A program made the position numbers and the translations under genes. DNA of 64,000 nucleotides from Octopus sinensis (lineage: Eukaryota), in the NCBI RefSeq assembly GCF_006345805.1, contig NC_043003.1, positions 94,488,001-94,552,000 on the forward strand, in the 5' to 3' direction. Below, in pieces: positions 26,848-39,999 of the stretch; the first letter of the stretch is position 1; every line of letters begins with the position of its first letter. The notes beneath the pieces were generated by a model that worked only from the letters and a program-made list of their open reading frames with translations, searched no databases and was not told the DNA's origin.

Positions 26848-27119
26848 GATATAGCCATCAAATGTAAATAATGCTCAGCGGTGTAGTTGAGTTCTTTCAA
26901 CTATGTATAACTTACATTGTTTTTATCCATTGAAGTATGATGAGCTAACCCTAGCCAGAATCGGATAAGCATGGGGCCGTGTAAGCGTTGATACGGGAGT
27001 TCGATTCTGGCTGGCTTTAGCTCATCATTTTTCAGTCACTTGTTTATATATTAAAAACGTCGCTTTAAATCGGAGAATATATATATATTATTATCATGAT
27101 ATATTATGATATAGTCGTG

Positions 27120-27150
<31 letters not shown>

Positions 27151-27205
27151 GTATATGTTCCCAGATATTGCAACATGTAATTACATATCAATATATATCA
27201 GATAA

Positions 27206-27305
<100 letters not shown>

Positions 27306-27691
27306 CATTTTTCATCACGAGAAGAAAACAAAAAAATTATTTGATATAACACATAAGGAAATCTAATGCAATGTTACCCATTCAATCAGGAAAAAATCAA
27401 TATTCTTTCGCAATGATACAGGAAAATCTGGTCACAATTTATTACGTTGTTCATTGACAGAACATATGCGAACATAGGAAAATATATGGTATGTTCACGA
27501 CTTTGGCATATATAACATATTTCTGCTAAGTGATATACAATCCTCTTAATGAGGACATCGGTTAATGAATCGATGAATTTCTGATTTTCGCAGCAAGTTA
27601 TTGCAGCCATTATAGTCCTAAGCTGGATGGTGATCGAAGATTCTGGAGTTCATTCGTTAGCAAGCTGTTTGGATAACAATGGGCTCAATAC

Positions 27692-27902
27692 TCTTTACTC
27701 TTTTACTCTTTTACTCTTTTACTTGTTTCAGTCATTTGACTGCGGCCATGCTGGAGCACCGCCTTTAGTCGAGCAACTCGACCCCGGGACTTATTCTTTT
27801 TGTAAGCCCAGTACTTATTCCATCGGTCTCTTTTGCCGAACCGCTAAGTGACGGGGACGTAAACACACCAGAATCGGTTGTCAAGCAATGCTAGGGGGAC
27901 AA

Positions 27903-27933
<31 letters not shown>

Positions 27934-28100
27934 CATATATACGACAGGCTTCTTTCAGTTTCCGTCTACCAAATCCACTCACAAGGCATTGGTCGGCCCG
28001 GGGCTATAGCAGAAGACACTTGCCCAAGATGCCACGCAGTGGGACTGAACCCGGAACCATGTGATTGGTTAGCAAGCTACTTACCACACAGCCACTCCTG
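27692..28100 (-). mobile_element. SINE family B, young copy
   Basis: Near-consensus reverse complement. Confidence 0.92.
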
Positions 28101-28580
28101 TAGGGTACGTACTGTGTTCAAATTGCTCCGAGGTCGATTTTGCCTCTCGTCCTTTCAGGGCTCGATAAAATGAAATACCAGAGAAATAGAGGCGTCGAAG
28201 TAATCGACTATCCCGCTGCCTCAAATTTCAAGCCTTGTGCCTATATGAGAAATTATTATCTTTAGGATTATTCCGCCGACGTCGATTTCGCCTTACAACC
28301 TTTCGGGGGCCGATAAATTAAGTACCAGTCGGGAATTGGAGTCGATATATCGATATAATCGACTAGTCTCCTACTCACCAAATTTCAGGCCTTAGACCTA
28401 TAATAAAAGGGATTTAGGGGATAGAGCGTTGGACAAAATGACAGCTATATTTTCCCCACTTATTTACGTTCTGGAGTCAAGTTCTGCCATAATTAACTTT
28501 GCCTTCTTTCTCCCTGGTATACTGGGGTTTGTATAATTGACTTTCCCCTTCGAACCAAATTTGTGGCCTTCTGCCAATGG
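28090..28580 (+). mobile_element. Cluster of three decayed partial family A-type SINEs
   Basis: Three successive CCTTTC..GGG..CGATAAA..AGTACCAG bodies. Confidence 0.65.
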
Positions 28581-28691
28581 AAGAAATTATTCAGAGAAAT
28601 GGATTGGCAGAACGTTTGCTAAGATGCCTTGCGGTATTTCCCACAACTCTTTACTTCCTGAGTCCCAATCCATCTGAAGTTAACTTTGTCT

Positions 28692-29235
28692 GGGCGTGGC
28701 TGTGTGGTAAGAGGTTTGCTTCTTGACCACATGGTCCTGGGTTCATTTCCACTACGTGGTACATTGGGCAAGTGTCTTCTACTATAGTCTCGGGTCGACC
28801 AAAACCTTGTCAGTAGATTTGGTAGATGGAAACTAAAAGAGGTCCGTCGTATGTGTGCGTGCATGCGTGTGTGTGTGTGCATGTGTGTGTATGCGTGCAT
28901 GCGTGTGTGTGCGTGCATGCGTGTGTGTGTGCATGCGTGTGTGTGCATGCGTGTGTGTGCGTGCATGCGTGCGTGTGTGTGTGCATGCGTGTGTGTGCGT
29001 GCATGCGTGTGTGTGTGCGCGCGTCTTTTTATCAGTGTTTGTTCCTCGCTATCGCTTGACAACAGGTGATGGTGTGTTTATGTCGACGTTACCTAGCGGT
29101 TCGGCAAAAGAGATCAACAGAATAAATACTAGGCTTTACAAAACATAATAAGTACTGGGCTCGATTCGTTCGATGAAAATTCTTCAAGGCTATGCCCCAG
29201 CATGGCCGAAGTCTAATAACTGAAACAAGTAAAAG
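28692..29235 (+). mobile_element. SINE family B with central (TGCA/TGCG/TG)n tract
   Basis: Both halves present. Confidence 0.88.
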
Positions 29236-29532
29236 AAAATAAAGCTAAAAAAAGGTAAAATAAAGTTACAGTCAAGTAGTAGAAGTCGATGATATCCACT
29301 AGTACCTTCCAGTTTCTTGCTGAATTAGTAATGAGAATAATCACTAATATATTTAAAAAGAAATAAATCACTGAGAGAAATGGGCCAGGGACGTCATCCA
29401 CACGAAAAAGAATAGTTAAGTGAGTGTTAATATATTTAATGTAATAAAAGTGAATTAAAAATAATTACGCATTGAATGTACACCTACTTGATGATGCATT
29501 TCTCACGTTTTCAGCAATTACGTTAAAACATT

Positions 29533-29694
29533 GAAGCCTTTGCTGAGGAGGCCTTATAAGACCGAAAAATGTCTATCTAGAGTTGCTTCCCTTACTTGAA
29601 AAACCTTCAATAATGTTAGAATGTTACAGCCTCCGCTGAGGAGGTCTTATGACCGAAAAATGTCTACCTGGAGTTGTTTCCCTTACTTGGAAAA
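29533..29694 (+). ncRNA. Tandem pair (93 nt period) of hammerhead-like motifs
   Basis: CUGAGGA at 29543 and 29636, each followed by a GG(U/C)C...GACC hairpin and GAAA; stem III is imperfect (GAAAAAUGUC). Confidence 0.55.
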
Positions 29695-29719
29695 TGAATA
29701 AAATAATATTAGCCATACA

Positions 29720-29850
29720 TTTTTAAAATGATCTTTTTTATACGCACCTCTGAACTTTGGAATCCCCTTCTACAGTCTTGTTTTCCTCTTCAATATTGCT
29801 CCCAGTCTTTCAAGTCTAATGTACACCGTCACCTATTGACTTCTGTCTAG
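29720..29850 (+). mobile_element. LINE ORF2 3'-end relic (CR1/L2/Jockey group)
   Basis: Reads TSELWNPL...CFP..., resembling the WN.LP C-terminal motif. Confidence 0.35.
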
Positions 29851-30164
29851 CGTCCATTTTATTCTAGTAACTCTTACGTTGTCAGTGGTCTAAGGACCTT
29901 GTAACGATCGAATGCTTTAAAAAAATACTTTCGACATTAACTTGACTAGTATCTTGTTAGCATATGATACATCCATTGGTATAGCCTAAAGAACAATGGG
30001 GACAAGCTACACTTGCCAGCCATACACTCAGAAAAGTTCAAAGAAGTACCATAATTCAATGAAGTCTTTAAGTGATGCTCAAGGAATCTAAAATATATAA
30101 ATATACAATCTTTTGAATGTCTGCAAAGAATACATACAAATATTTATATTATACGTTGCCGTAA

Positions 30165-30370
30165 TGCAGCGAGTTAGCAGAATCACTAGAGCGCTCAGAA
30201 TCATTAGAGCTTTGCGCTTACTTTTCATATCCAGAGTTCAAATTCCGGTGAGGTCAATTTTGCCTTTCATCCCTTTCGGGGAAGTGATGGCGGGGTCAAA
30301 TAAAGTGCTAGTTTTGTACTGGGGTCGATAGTATCGGTTAATTCCCTGTCCTATAAGTTGTTAGTCTTAT
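30165..30370 (+). mobile_element. SINE family A-type, old copy
   Basis: B box GAGTTCAAATTCC and body recognisable. Confidence 0.65.
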
Positions 30371-31179
30371 GCCTAAACCGAAAACATTCATGCGTTACCG
30401 TATTTCCATTTCACACTTTATATGATGCTACGATAATAACAAATCGCAAAGCATCACATAAAGCTTCAGAAAAGTTTTCCATTGATTTGAACATCGCTTC
30501 TTTGTTTCCTTGCTGTTATTGTTTACAGTTGGATTGATTTTTCTTTATTATTTAACAGAAACTGTTGGCTGAGATGGTTTCTAACTTGCAATGCTTTCTT
30601 CATAATTCTGAAAGGAAAGGACATAGTTTCTGTACTACGAATGAACCGATGTCATTGCTTTAACAAGGCAGTGAGTTGAAAGAAACTTTGGAACGCCAGA
30701 CCAAATGGTTTGGGGTATTCAGTTACGTTCCTGTATGTTGTGTATCTAGAAAAGTTTCAAAAATAAGAGAGAGAGAGAAAGAGGAGAGAAATGTGTCAAT
30801 TGAGATAGAAATGGTTAAGAAGAAAGATGATTTTAACGTAGAGTTTTCCCTCGCTAAATATTGAACGAAGTAGGGGGATTGAGATGCAGGGAAAAGAAGC
30901 AGAGGAAAACTCTAGTTAATTGAAATGTAGGAAAAGAAGTAGGAAAACAGCGGGAAAACGAATAAGTAGAAAGGTGTAGTTGAAATAGTGAAAGATATTA
31001 AGTGAGAGAAAGGTTGAAGTATGTGATTAGTTGAATTTCGTTAGAAGTACATCAAGGAATTACTGTCAGATTTTCATAAATATATTAATTTATGATGACG
31101 GAAAACATAGTGAAAACATTGGCTGCAAAATCAGTTTCCTGAAATTTTGAAACATTTACAGAAGTATAAATACATTAGC

Positions 31180-31530
31180 CATGGTTCCGGGTTCAATCCC
31201 ACTGCGTGGCACCTTGGGTAAGTGTCTTCTACTATAGCCTTGGGCCGACCAAAGCCTTATGAGTGGATTTGGTAGACGGAAACTGAAAGAAGCTCGCCGT
31301 ATATATGTATGTGTATGTTTGTGTGTCTATGTTTGTCCCTCCAACATCGCTTGACAACCGATGTTGGTGTGTTTACGTCCCCATAACTTTGCGGCTCGGC
31401 AAAAAGAGACCGATAGAATAAGTACTAGGCTTACAAAGAAAAAGGCCTGGGGTCAATTTGTTCGACTAAAGGCGGTGCTCCAGCATGGCCGCAGTCAAAT
31501 GACTGAAACAAATAAAAGAATAAAAGAAAA
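31180..31530 (+). mobile_element. SINE family B
   Basis: Near-consensus, 5'-truncated head. Confidence 0.9.
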
Positions 31531-31553
31531 AGAATGAATTGTAAACTCTATTG

Positions 31554-31779
31554 CAGTAGTTCTCAACCAGGGTCCATACGACCGTCGGGTGGCGAGTGGG
31601 AGCATATAAGATTTTTTGTCAAAATTCTTGAGCAACATTTTTTTTTTGTATACAATTCCTAATAATATTCAATTAAAGAAATATAATTGGATATTTTAAA
31701 CATCGAGTGGTACGGATGTCCACCAGAGTAAAATAGGAACGAAAGGGCTTCCATAGGCAAAAATAGTTGACAACCACTA
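31554..31779. mobile_element. hAT/Charlie-like MITE
   Basis: CAGTAGTTCTCAACC vs reverse complement TAGTGGTTGTCAAC; flanks CTCTATTG / ATCTACAT resemble an NTCTAGAN target. Confidence 0.6.
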
Positions 31780-31919
31780 ATCTACATAATTTAAGACACT
31801 GAAAAATTCTTAAATGTTGGTAAGAAAAAGAAAGAATAAGGCATTGCCAAAACACTTGCTTTTTTGAGTAAGTTAATAAAAGTTTTTAATAATAATGGTT
31901 TTAAGTTTTTGGCTTACTT

Positions 31920-32480
31920 GACTGGTGTTTTATTTAGACGACCCCCGAAAGGTTGAAATGCAGCGTTGATCTCGGTGGGATTTGAACTCCGAACGTAAAG
32001 TTGGGGAAAAAATGCTTCTAAGTATTTTATTCCTCCTGCTAAAGATACTGTAACTCGTCACCTTTAAATAATTCTGTCAACAATAGATACACGGCTTTGA
32101 ATTTTGAAGGGAAGGGCTAGTTGATTACATAGAACCCAGTGCTCAACTGATCTTTATTTTGTCGATTCCAAAGGGCAAAGTTGACTTCGACGGTATATGA
32201 ACTCAGAACGTAAATCCCAAAGAAATTCCGCTGAGCATTTTATCCGGCGTGATAACGATTCATCCAGCTCGTCTCCTTAATAATGGTTTCAAATTTTGGC
32301 ACAAGGCCAGCAATTTCGGTGGAGGGCGCCAGTCGATTAAATCGACCCCAGTGCACAAGTGGTACTTATTTTATCGACCCTGAAAGGATGAATGGCAAAG
32401 TCGACTTCGGTGGAATTTGAACTGTGTACGAAATGCCATTAAGCCTTTTGCTTGGCATGCTAACAATTCTGCCGGTTCAC
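31920..32480 (-). mobile_element. Three successive decayed family A-type SINEs
   Basis: Three ATTTGAACT (reverse B box) units in the same orientation. Confidence 0.7.
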
Positions 32481-32495
32481 CGCCTTGTTACCGCC

Positions 32496-32655
<160 letters not shown>

Positions 32656-32862
32656 AAATAAAATTTAAACTAAAGTCAAGTTATATAAATCAGTCTAGAA
32701 TATAGACAAAATGCTAAAGATGTATATAGTTAGCGAAACAGTTGAAAATGAGACCAGAAAACAAAAAGATAAAATAGATATATAAATGTCTGTGTATATA
32801 GGGGCAGGCGTGGCAAGAAGCTTGCTTCCGAACCACGTGGTTCCCGGTTCAGTTCCATTGCG

Positions 32863-33172
32863 TGATACCTTGGGCAAGTGTCTTCTGCTACAGCCTCGGG
32901 TCGACCAAAGCCTTGTGAGTGGATTTGGTAAACGGAAACTGAAAGTAGCCCGTGTGTGTTTGTTTGTTTTTTTTTGTGTCTGTACCTCCACCATCGATGT
33001 TGGTGAGTTTATGTCCCCATAACGTAGCGGTTCAGCAAATTTGACCGATAGAATAAGTACTAGGCTTACAAAGAATAAATCTTGTGGTCGATTTCTTCGG
33101 CTAAAACCCTTCTTAAAGCGGTGCTCCAGTATGGCTGCAATCAAATGACTGAAACAAGTAAAAGAGTAAAAG
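32863..33172 (+). mobile_element. SINE family B
   Basis: Both halves, short centre. Confidence 0.85.
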
Positions 33173-33444
33173 AACATATATGTGTCGCCGGTGAATATAG
33201 ATGTAGAGAAACGTAAAGCAGATGTTTAAAGCGAGAGAAAAGCAATCAAATTAAGCTGCTGTAGATAACAATAGAAGTGAGAAAACAATTGCTGTGAACG
33301 AAAGAATGGAATCATTATATTCTGCAAAGTAAATATTTATTAATTACTCGGAGAAATTATTTTTGGCGAAAAAATTCATTTATGCTTTAAGAAACAATTT
33401 TATAAGGCTTTGTTTACTTTTTTTTTAATTCCATAAATATTCTT

Positions 33445-33840
33445 TTCTACTCTAGGCACAATGACCGAAATTTAGTGGGAAGAGGCCAGTCGATTAGACC
33501 GACCTCAGTACACAACTGGTACTTAATTTATCGAACCCGAAAGGATGAAAGGCAAAGTTGACCTCGGTAGAATTTGAACACAGAACGTAGCGGCAGACGA
33601 AATACCTATTTCTTTATTACCCACAAGGGGCTAAACATAGAGGGGACAAACAAGGACAGACATAGGTATTAAGTCGATTACATCGACCCCAGTGCGTAAC
33701 TGGTACTTAATTTATCGACCCCGAAAGGCTGAAAGGCAAAGTTGACCTCGGTAGAATTTGAACACAGAACGTAACGGCAGGCGAAATACCGCTAAGCATT
33801 TCACCCGGCGTGCTAACGTTTCTGCCAGCTTGCCGCCTTA
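33445..33840 (-). mobile_element. SINE family A, composite form
   Basis: Same AAAGAAATAG|GTATTTCG junction as 22690-23084. Confidence 0.9.
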
Positions 33841-33859
33841 AAAATTCTATAAATATTAA

Positions 33860-34012
33860 ACCATGTGGCTATGTGGTAAGAAGCTTGCTTTCCAACCATG
33901 TGATCTTGAGTTCAGTCCCGCTGCGCAGCACTTTGGGTGTTTTCTAATATAGCCCCAGGCCGAAAAAGCCTTGTAAGTGGATTTGGAAAACAAAAACTGA
34001 AAGAAGCCTGTC

Positions 34013-34065
<53 letters not shown>

Positions 34066-34305
34066 TACATTATGCTTATGAGGAATAGGTGTATCCTTGA
34101 CTGTGTTTGGGTTCCCACCAGCACCGCTTGTCAACAGGTGTTGGTTCGTTTATGTCCTCGTTAGCTACCGGTTCAGCAAAAGAAAACGATAGAATAAGTA
34201 ACAGGCTTTAAAAATAAATATCAGGGGTGGATTTGCTCGACTAAATCCTTCGAGGTTGTACCCCAGCATGGCCACAGTCCAAAGACTTAAACTAGTAAGA
34301 GATAA
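33860..34305 (+). mobile_element. SINE family B
   Basis: Both halves around a (TA)n tract. Confidence 0.82.
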
Positions 34306-34631
34306 AAAATAAAATGATTAAACAATAATTAATTAGTTAATTTAATACAAGCACACGTTCTAATTTGCAGCAGCCTGTTTGAAATAAACATAGACATCAT
34401 TATATTAAACAATTAATGAAATTCCAAGTGTTAGAAACAAATACAGTGCAAGTGAAAGTAACATTAAAATAAATTTAAATTTAATACTTTAAAGGAAATA
34501 CAATAGAAAAAGTAAATGAAATTAAATTAGATTAAATTACCATAATAAAATACATAATTTATGTGTTTATACTTCCGTAAAGGCTTAAAGATGTCCTGAT
34601 GTTAAATTATACTGACAATATTTCTACTAAA

Positions 34632-35420
34632 GAGCTGGCAGAAACGTTAGCACGCCAGGCGAAATGCTTAGCGGTATTTCGTCTGCGTTACGTTGTGAGT
34701 TCAAATTCCGCCAAGGTCGACTTTACCTTTCATCTTTTCGGGGTCGATAAATTAAGTACCAGTTACGCACTGGGGTCGATGTAATCGACTTAATACCTAT
34801 GTCTGTCCTTGTTTGTCCCCTCTGTGTTTAGACCTTTGTGGGTAATAAAGAAATAAGTATTTCGTCTGTCTTTACGTTCTTTCATCCTTTCGGGGTCGAT
34901 AAATTAAGTACCAGTTGTGTACAGGAATTGACCTAATCGATTGGCCTCCTCCCCGAAAATTTCGGGCCATGTGCCTAGAGTAGAAAACAATATTTCACTA
35001 AAGAAAGTTGGCGAGCTGGCAGAAACGTTAGCACGCCGGGCGAAATGCTTGCTGGTGTTTCGTCTGTCTTTACGATCTGAGTTCAAATTCCGCCGAGGTT
35101 GACTTTTCCTTTTATCCCTTTGGGGTCGATAAATTAAGTATCAGTTGCGTACTGAAATCGGTCTAATCGACTGGCCCCCTCCCCAAAAATTTTTGGCCTT
35201 GTGCCTAGAATAGAAAAGAATATTTCTACCAAAGAGAAGGTGACGGAATCGTTAAACACGCCGAGCAAAATGCTTCGCAGCATTTCGTCCGAGTCTGATT
35301 CCAAGTTCTGCCGTGGTCGATTTTGCCTTTCATCCTTTCGGGATCGAAAAAAGTAAGTAGCAGTTGAGGACTGGGCACGATGTAATCGACTGGCCCCTTC
35401 AGGCTTTGTGCCAATAGTAA
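34632..35420 (+). mobile_element. Cluster of family A SINEs: composite copy plus two further copies head to tail
   Basis: Heads at ~34632, ~35028 and ~35238. Confidence 0.85.
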
Positions 35421-35427
35421 AACGGGT

Positions 35428-35495
<68 letters not shown>

Positions 35496-35501
35496 CGTGC
35501 G

Positions 35502-38030
35502 TTCTATTCGCCAGGAAATACTCAATCCATTGTAGAAGTTTCTACGGATTCCAACATTTGCCAATTTTGAGAGTAAGATATTATGGTCAACTCTGTCGAA
35601 CGCTTTACTGAAGTTAAGATACATGACATAAGAGTTCGAACCTGTTCCCAAGACTTTAAGTACATCCTCAACGTTGCCTTTTGTTTCTGTTTGCCCATTG
35701 ACTCACTGCATTTAGATCAGACTGGAGTTGAGTTCGGTTTTCCTTCATTGATGATTTGCTGGAGTTTAGTGTCATCAGCAAATATTTTCACTTTGCAGTG
35801 TTTTACGACGCTGGAAAGGTCATTTATGTAGATTATAAAGAGGAGCAGGCCCAAGACAGTTCCCTGAGAGACACCACTGGTGACTTTTACTGGGCTTGAG
35901 TGGACTCTATCGACCACAACATGTTGTGTTCTATTCGCCAAGAAATACTCAATCCAGTGTAGAAGTTTTCCACGGATTCCAACATTTGCCAATTTTGAGA
36001 GTAAGATATTATGATCAACCCTGTCGAACGCTTTACTGAAGTCAGAGTTCGAACCTATTCCCAAGGCTTTGAGTATATCTTCAATGTGGTGTAAGAGCTG
36101 TGTTAGACAGTCCCTGCCACAGCGAAAACCATGCTGATTTACATTTAGGAGTTTGTGGATTTCCAGGAAGCCAGTTATCCTTGATCTTACCACTCTTCCA
36201 AACACTTTAATGGTGTGGGAGGTGAGTAAGAGTGGGCGATAGTTGGCTGTGAGGTATCTGCTTCCCTGTTTGAAAACTGAGATGACAGACTGGGATAGGA
36301 GCTGTTTCGGTATATAACCTGAGTCTAAAGAATTTCTCCGGTGTTTGGTCAGAGGAACTGCAAGTTGGTGTCTACATTCCTTCAGGAGACTAGCGGGGAA
36401 TCTATCAAGGCCTACAGTAGAATAGTATTTGACCTCATTTATTGCTGCTATGATGTCTGAGACAGTGAAGGTTATGTCTGAGATTTTATGTTGGGAATCA
36501 ACTTCGTTCGTTTCGCTTCCATCAATATCGGTGGGATCACTAAAGACAGAGCAGTATTGTTTCTGCAGTATTTCTGCCATTTCTTTAGCATCGTATTGGA
36601 GAATGCCGTTATCATCGATCAATGGCCCAATGGGTGAGACAATGGTTCTATGCTTATTTGCATATAAGAATAGAACACTTTTGGGTTCTGTTTGATTTTT
36701 TTTTTTTTTTTGATTAGCCACTGTTCCTCTGCAGCTGTCTGATTTTCAATGGAGGTTTTCATGTTGGTCTGCAGATTAAGTTTTTCCAATTCCAGCTTTT
36801 TCATTGTTGTTGAATGTGGATGCTGTATGTGGGAGTAACTTAATTGGTTGGTTTTTTTATTGAGTCTTTTGATGCGCCAGATGAGTGGGGTTTTTTTCTT
36901 TCTAGGGAGCCGGTTTCTGTTTGTGTTAGTGGATTCGTAGGAGCGTGTTTTGAGCATGTATAGGTGACAATGTTCCCAAAGTGCTGCCATGCGGTCTCAA
37001 TGTGAGTGGAACTGAGAGTGAAGGACCAGTCGATGAGGGACAGATCCTTTCTGATTGCTCCCCAGTCTGCTTTGTGGAAGTTTATGTTGTCAAATAAGTG
37101 CAGTGGGGTGAGATTGGCTGGTTTGGTTTTGATATGCCAGAAATTAAAATTGCTGAGTATCATGTCGTGGTCTGAGAGGAGAATTATTCAACTGAAATAC
37201 TGTGAACGAAGCTAGAGTACTAGCTGGGTCAGGAAAAATTTATCCATTAAAGAGTAATTCTGCTGCTGTTGCTTTGTCTGATGTAGAGCATTTGCCTAAC
37301 TTCAAGTATTTGTGGGCCAGTTTATATGAGAGAGGTTAAAATCACCCATCACTAGTATGTTTCCGGAGTTGTAGTTTTGAAGGAAGGACCTGATTTTGTT
37401 GAGGCACTCTTCAAAGCACTTTAGAGGTGTTTGGGGAGGCCTGTAAAGACCAACAATGATTATGTCTTTGGCCTTGTTGAATAGTGATATAGATTCATAA
37501 TAGCCATTAGAAAATATGTCCTTGGCATCAACTGAAAAGGAGTCTTGAAGAAAGATGGCTGTTCCCCGCTATCCTTTATTTCGGTCTGTGCGATCTGCAC
37601 GGATGATGGTGAAAGCTTTTATTTTCACCTCGGCATCCATATGTGTGCTGCTTAGGTGAGTTTCAGTAAGGATAAAGAAAGGGAAGCAATGTGCCATTTC
37701 GGCAAGCCAACTCTCTATGCATGGGATCTTCCATTTTTGAGCGATGAGTGATGGGTTGATGTCACGTACATTTAACAGAGGTAAGGGTAGTTTGATGTTT
37801 GCATTGTTCTAAGAGCTCAGTGTTATATTTTACGTTGTTCAGGGGTAGCAATGAGGGTAGTTTTTGTATGGAGCTATATATGTGTGATTTTCTAGTTGGT
37901 GGTAGGTGTGTGTTCCTTGTGTTTTGCATAAATGGTTGCTGATAGCTTGTTGAGTCTCTTAGCTTAGGTCGGCCTTCATATTTTCTAGATAAGTTAGTAA
38001 AAAAGAGTTGCCTCTTTGGTTTGCCACTTG
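35502..38030 (-). mobile_element. Decayed CR1/L2-group LINE: ORF1 end, APE endonuclease (~37250-37790), reverse transcriptase (35717-36721), rearranged 3' end
   Basis: RT motifs DFSKAFDRVDH, GVSQGTVLGLLLFIIYINDL, FADDTKL; by eye the endonuclease frame gives LTETHL, IRADRTDRNKG, GLYRPP, VMGDFN with stops and frameshifts. Confidence 0.93.
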
Positions 38031-38174
38031 ATCAGATGATATATATCAGATGATATATCAGATATATAGTTCATGTTTATGTTATTTGGTATTATGATTT
38101 TTCCATAGTTCTGTCTTCGTTGTTTGGTTGTAGGGGGTGAAATGTGGTTGTATTTTGCTTTTGTTGTTGTCGTA

Positions 38175-38568
38175 TAGCTTGCTTACCAACCACATGGTTC
38201 TGGGTTCAGTCCTACTGCGTGGTACCTTGGTCACGTGTCTTCTACTATAGCCTCGGGCCGACCAAAGTCTTGTGAGTGGATTTGGTAAACGGAAACTGAA
38301 AGAAGCCCGTCGTATATGTGTGTATGTGTGTGTATGTGTGTGTGTTGTGTATGTATTTGTGTGTCTGTGTTTGTCCCCCAACATCGTTTGACAACCGATG
38401 CTGGTTTTCTTACGTCCCCATAACTTAGCGGTTCGGCAAAAAAGACCGATAGAATAAGTACTAATTTACAAAGAATAAGTCCTGGGGTCGATTTGCTCGA
38501 CTAAAGGCGGTGCTCAAGCATGGCCACAGTCAAATGATTGAAACAAGTAAAAGAGTAAAAGAGTAAGA

Positions 38569-38570
<2 letters not shown>
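38175..38570 (+). mobile_element. SINE family B
   Basis: Near-consensus; tail runs into (AAT)n. Confidence 0.9.
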
Positions 38571-38639
<69 letters not shown>

Positions 38640-38739
38640 AATAAATAAATAAATATTTTGGACAAATACGTATAATTAGTGTGTTTAAATGTTGAATAGA
38701 GCACCGGCATTTGTTTAGGCTACCTGTTGTCATCCGCAG

Positions 38740-38921
38740 TTGCGGTACTATTTTCTCTCCCTGCTTATTTCTGTGTTCCTTTCTGTAGAAGAGCGTAGGC
38801 TCGAAACGTTAAAGACTTCCTCACTTCCCAAGCGTTAAACTAATACATCTGTTTGTTGTTTACACACCCGTCTTCGTCTTTTGTTGGTTTTTTCTTATTT
38901 TGTTTTTTTTTGGTAAATTCT

Positions 38922-38928
<7 letters not shown>
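38740..38928 (+). mobile_element. Family E element with hammerhead-like motif at 38778-38816
   Basis: ccuuu-CUGUAGA-A-GAGC-guag-GCUC-GAAAC-GUU-aaaga; homologous to the 18262 and 50456 copies. Confidence 0.8.
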
Positions 38929-39000
<72 letters not shown>

Positions 39001-39999
39001 TAGAGAAGCAGACAGACAGACAGAAAGACGGAGGGGGTTGGTTGAGTCCAGACAGCAGACATATAAATAGATAGATTTTCACACACGTTACACATTTTTT
39101 TAATCTACTGTTAGTACGTTTCTTCGAAGAAAATACTTTCACACAAAATGTTACATAGAGTTACCTCCCTTAGATTACTGAATCTTACTAAAACGTTAAA
39201 TCAACTTTAAAGCAACCTTGGAATTATTATTTGTTTATTTAAGACTCAGAGGAAGAAAGGGAGCGCCCAATGGCAGTTTTCAGGCCTTCCGAAACTGGTG
39301 GAAAAGGAGAAGAAATTTACCCTAACATCGAGACCTGGCTCAAAGGCTTGCAACACTATACACTGCTGCAAAATGTATAAAGAGCCAGGGTGGACGATGT
39401 CAAAATAGACGATGGATTCAGACAACGGGTTAATTTCTAAGACATGATACTATGACTTAGATAAACGGTTCTCAGCCTGGGGCCCGGGACTCCTTCGTGG
39501 TCCGCAAAGGTAGTACTGAGGGTCCGTAAACTAAATTCAAAAGGTCATATAAATATATAAATGTATATATATATACATATACAAATAAGAAAATGGAGAA
39601 ACAAATTTTGTTTGTTCATCAACTTACGGATATTATAATGCTAGATTATTTATTCTGATTTATATATTATTTTTGTATGCTTTTGATGTTCTCATTTGTA
39701 AAATGAATAAGTAATCCAGCATTATAATATCCATAAGTTGATGAACAAACTAAATTCGTTTCTCCATTTTTTTTGTATTATAAATTTACGGTAAAAAATA
39801 TTTCTCTACTTCACCCGTTTAATACAATAAATGAATTAATTGCATTGCAATTAAAACATATATGTATTAAGAATTTGGGTACTTTACCAACAGTATTGGA
39901 TAAATGATATCCCATTGTGGGTTACACCATAACCCCTATCTTACTTTGTACAATATATATATATTATATATATATATATTATATATATATATATATATA

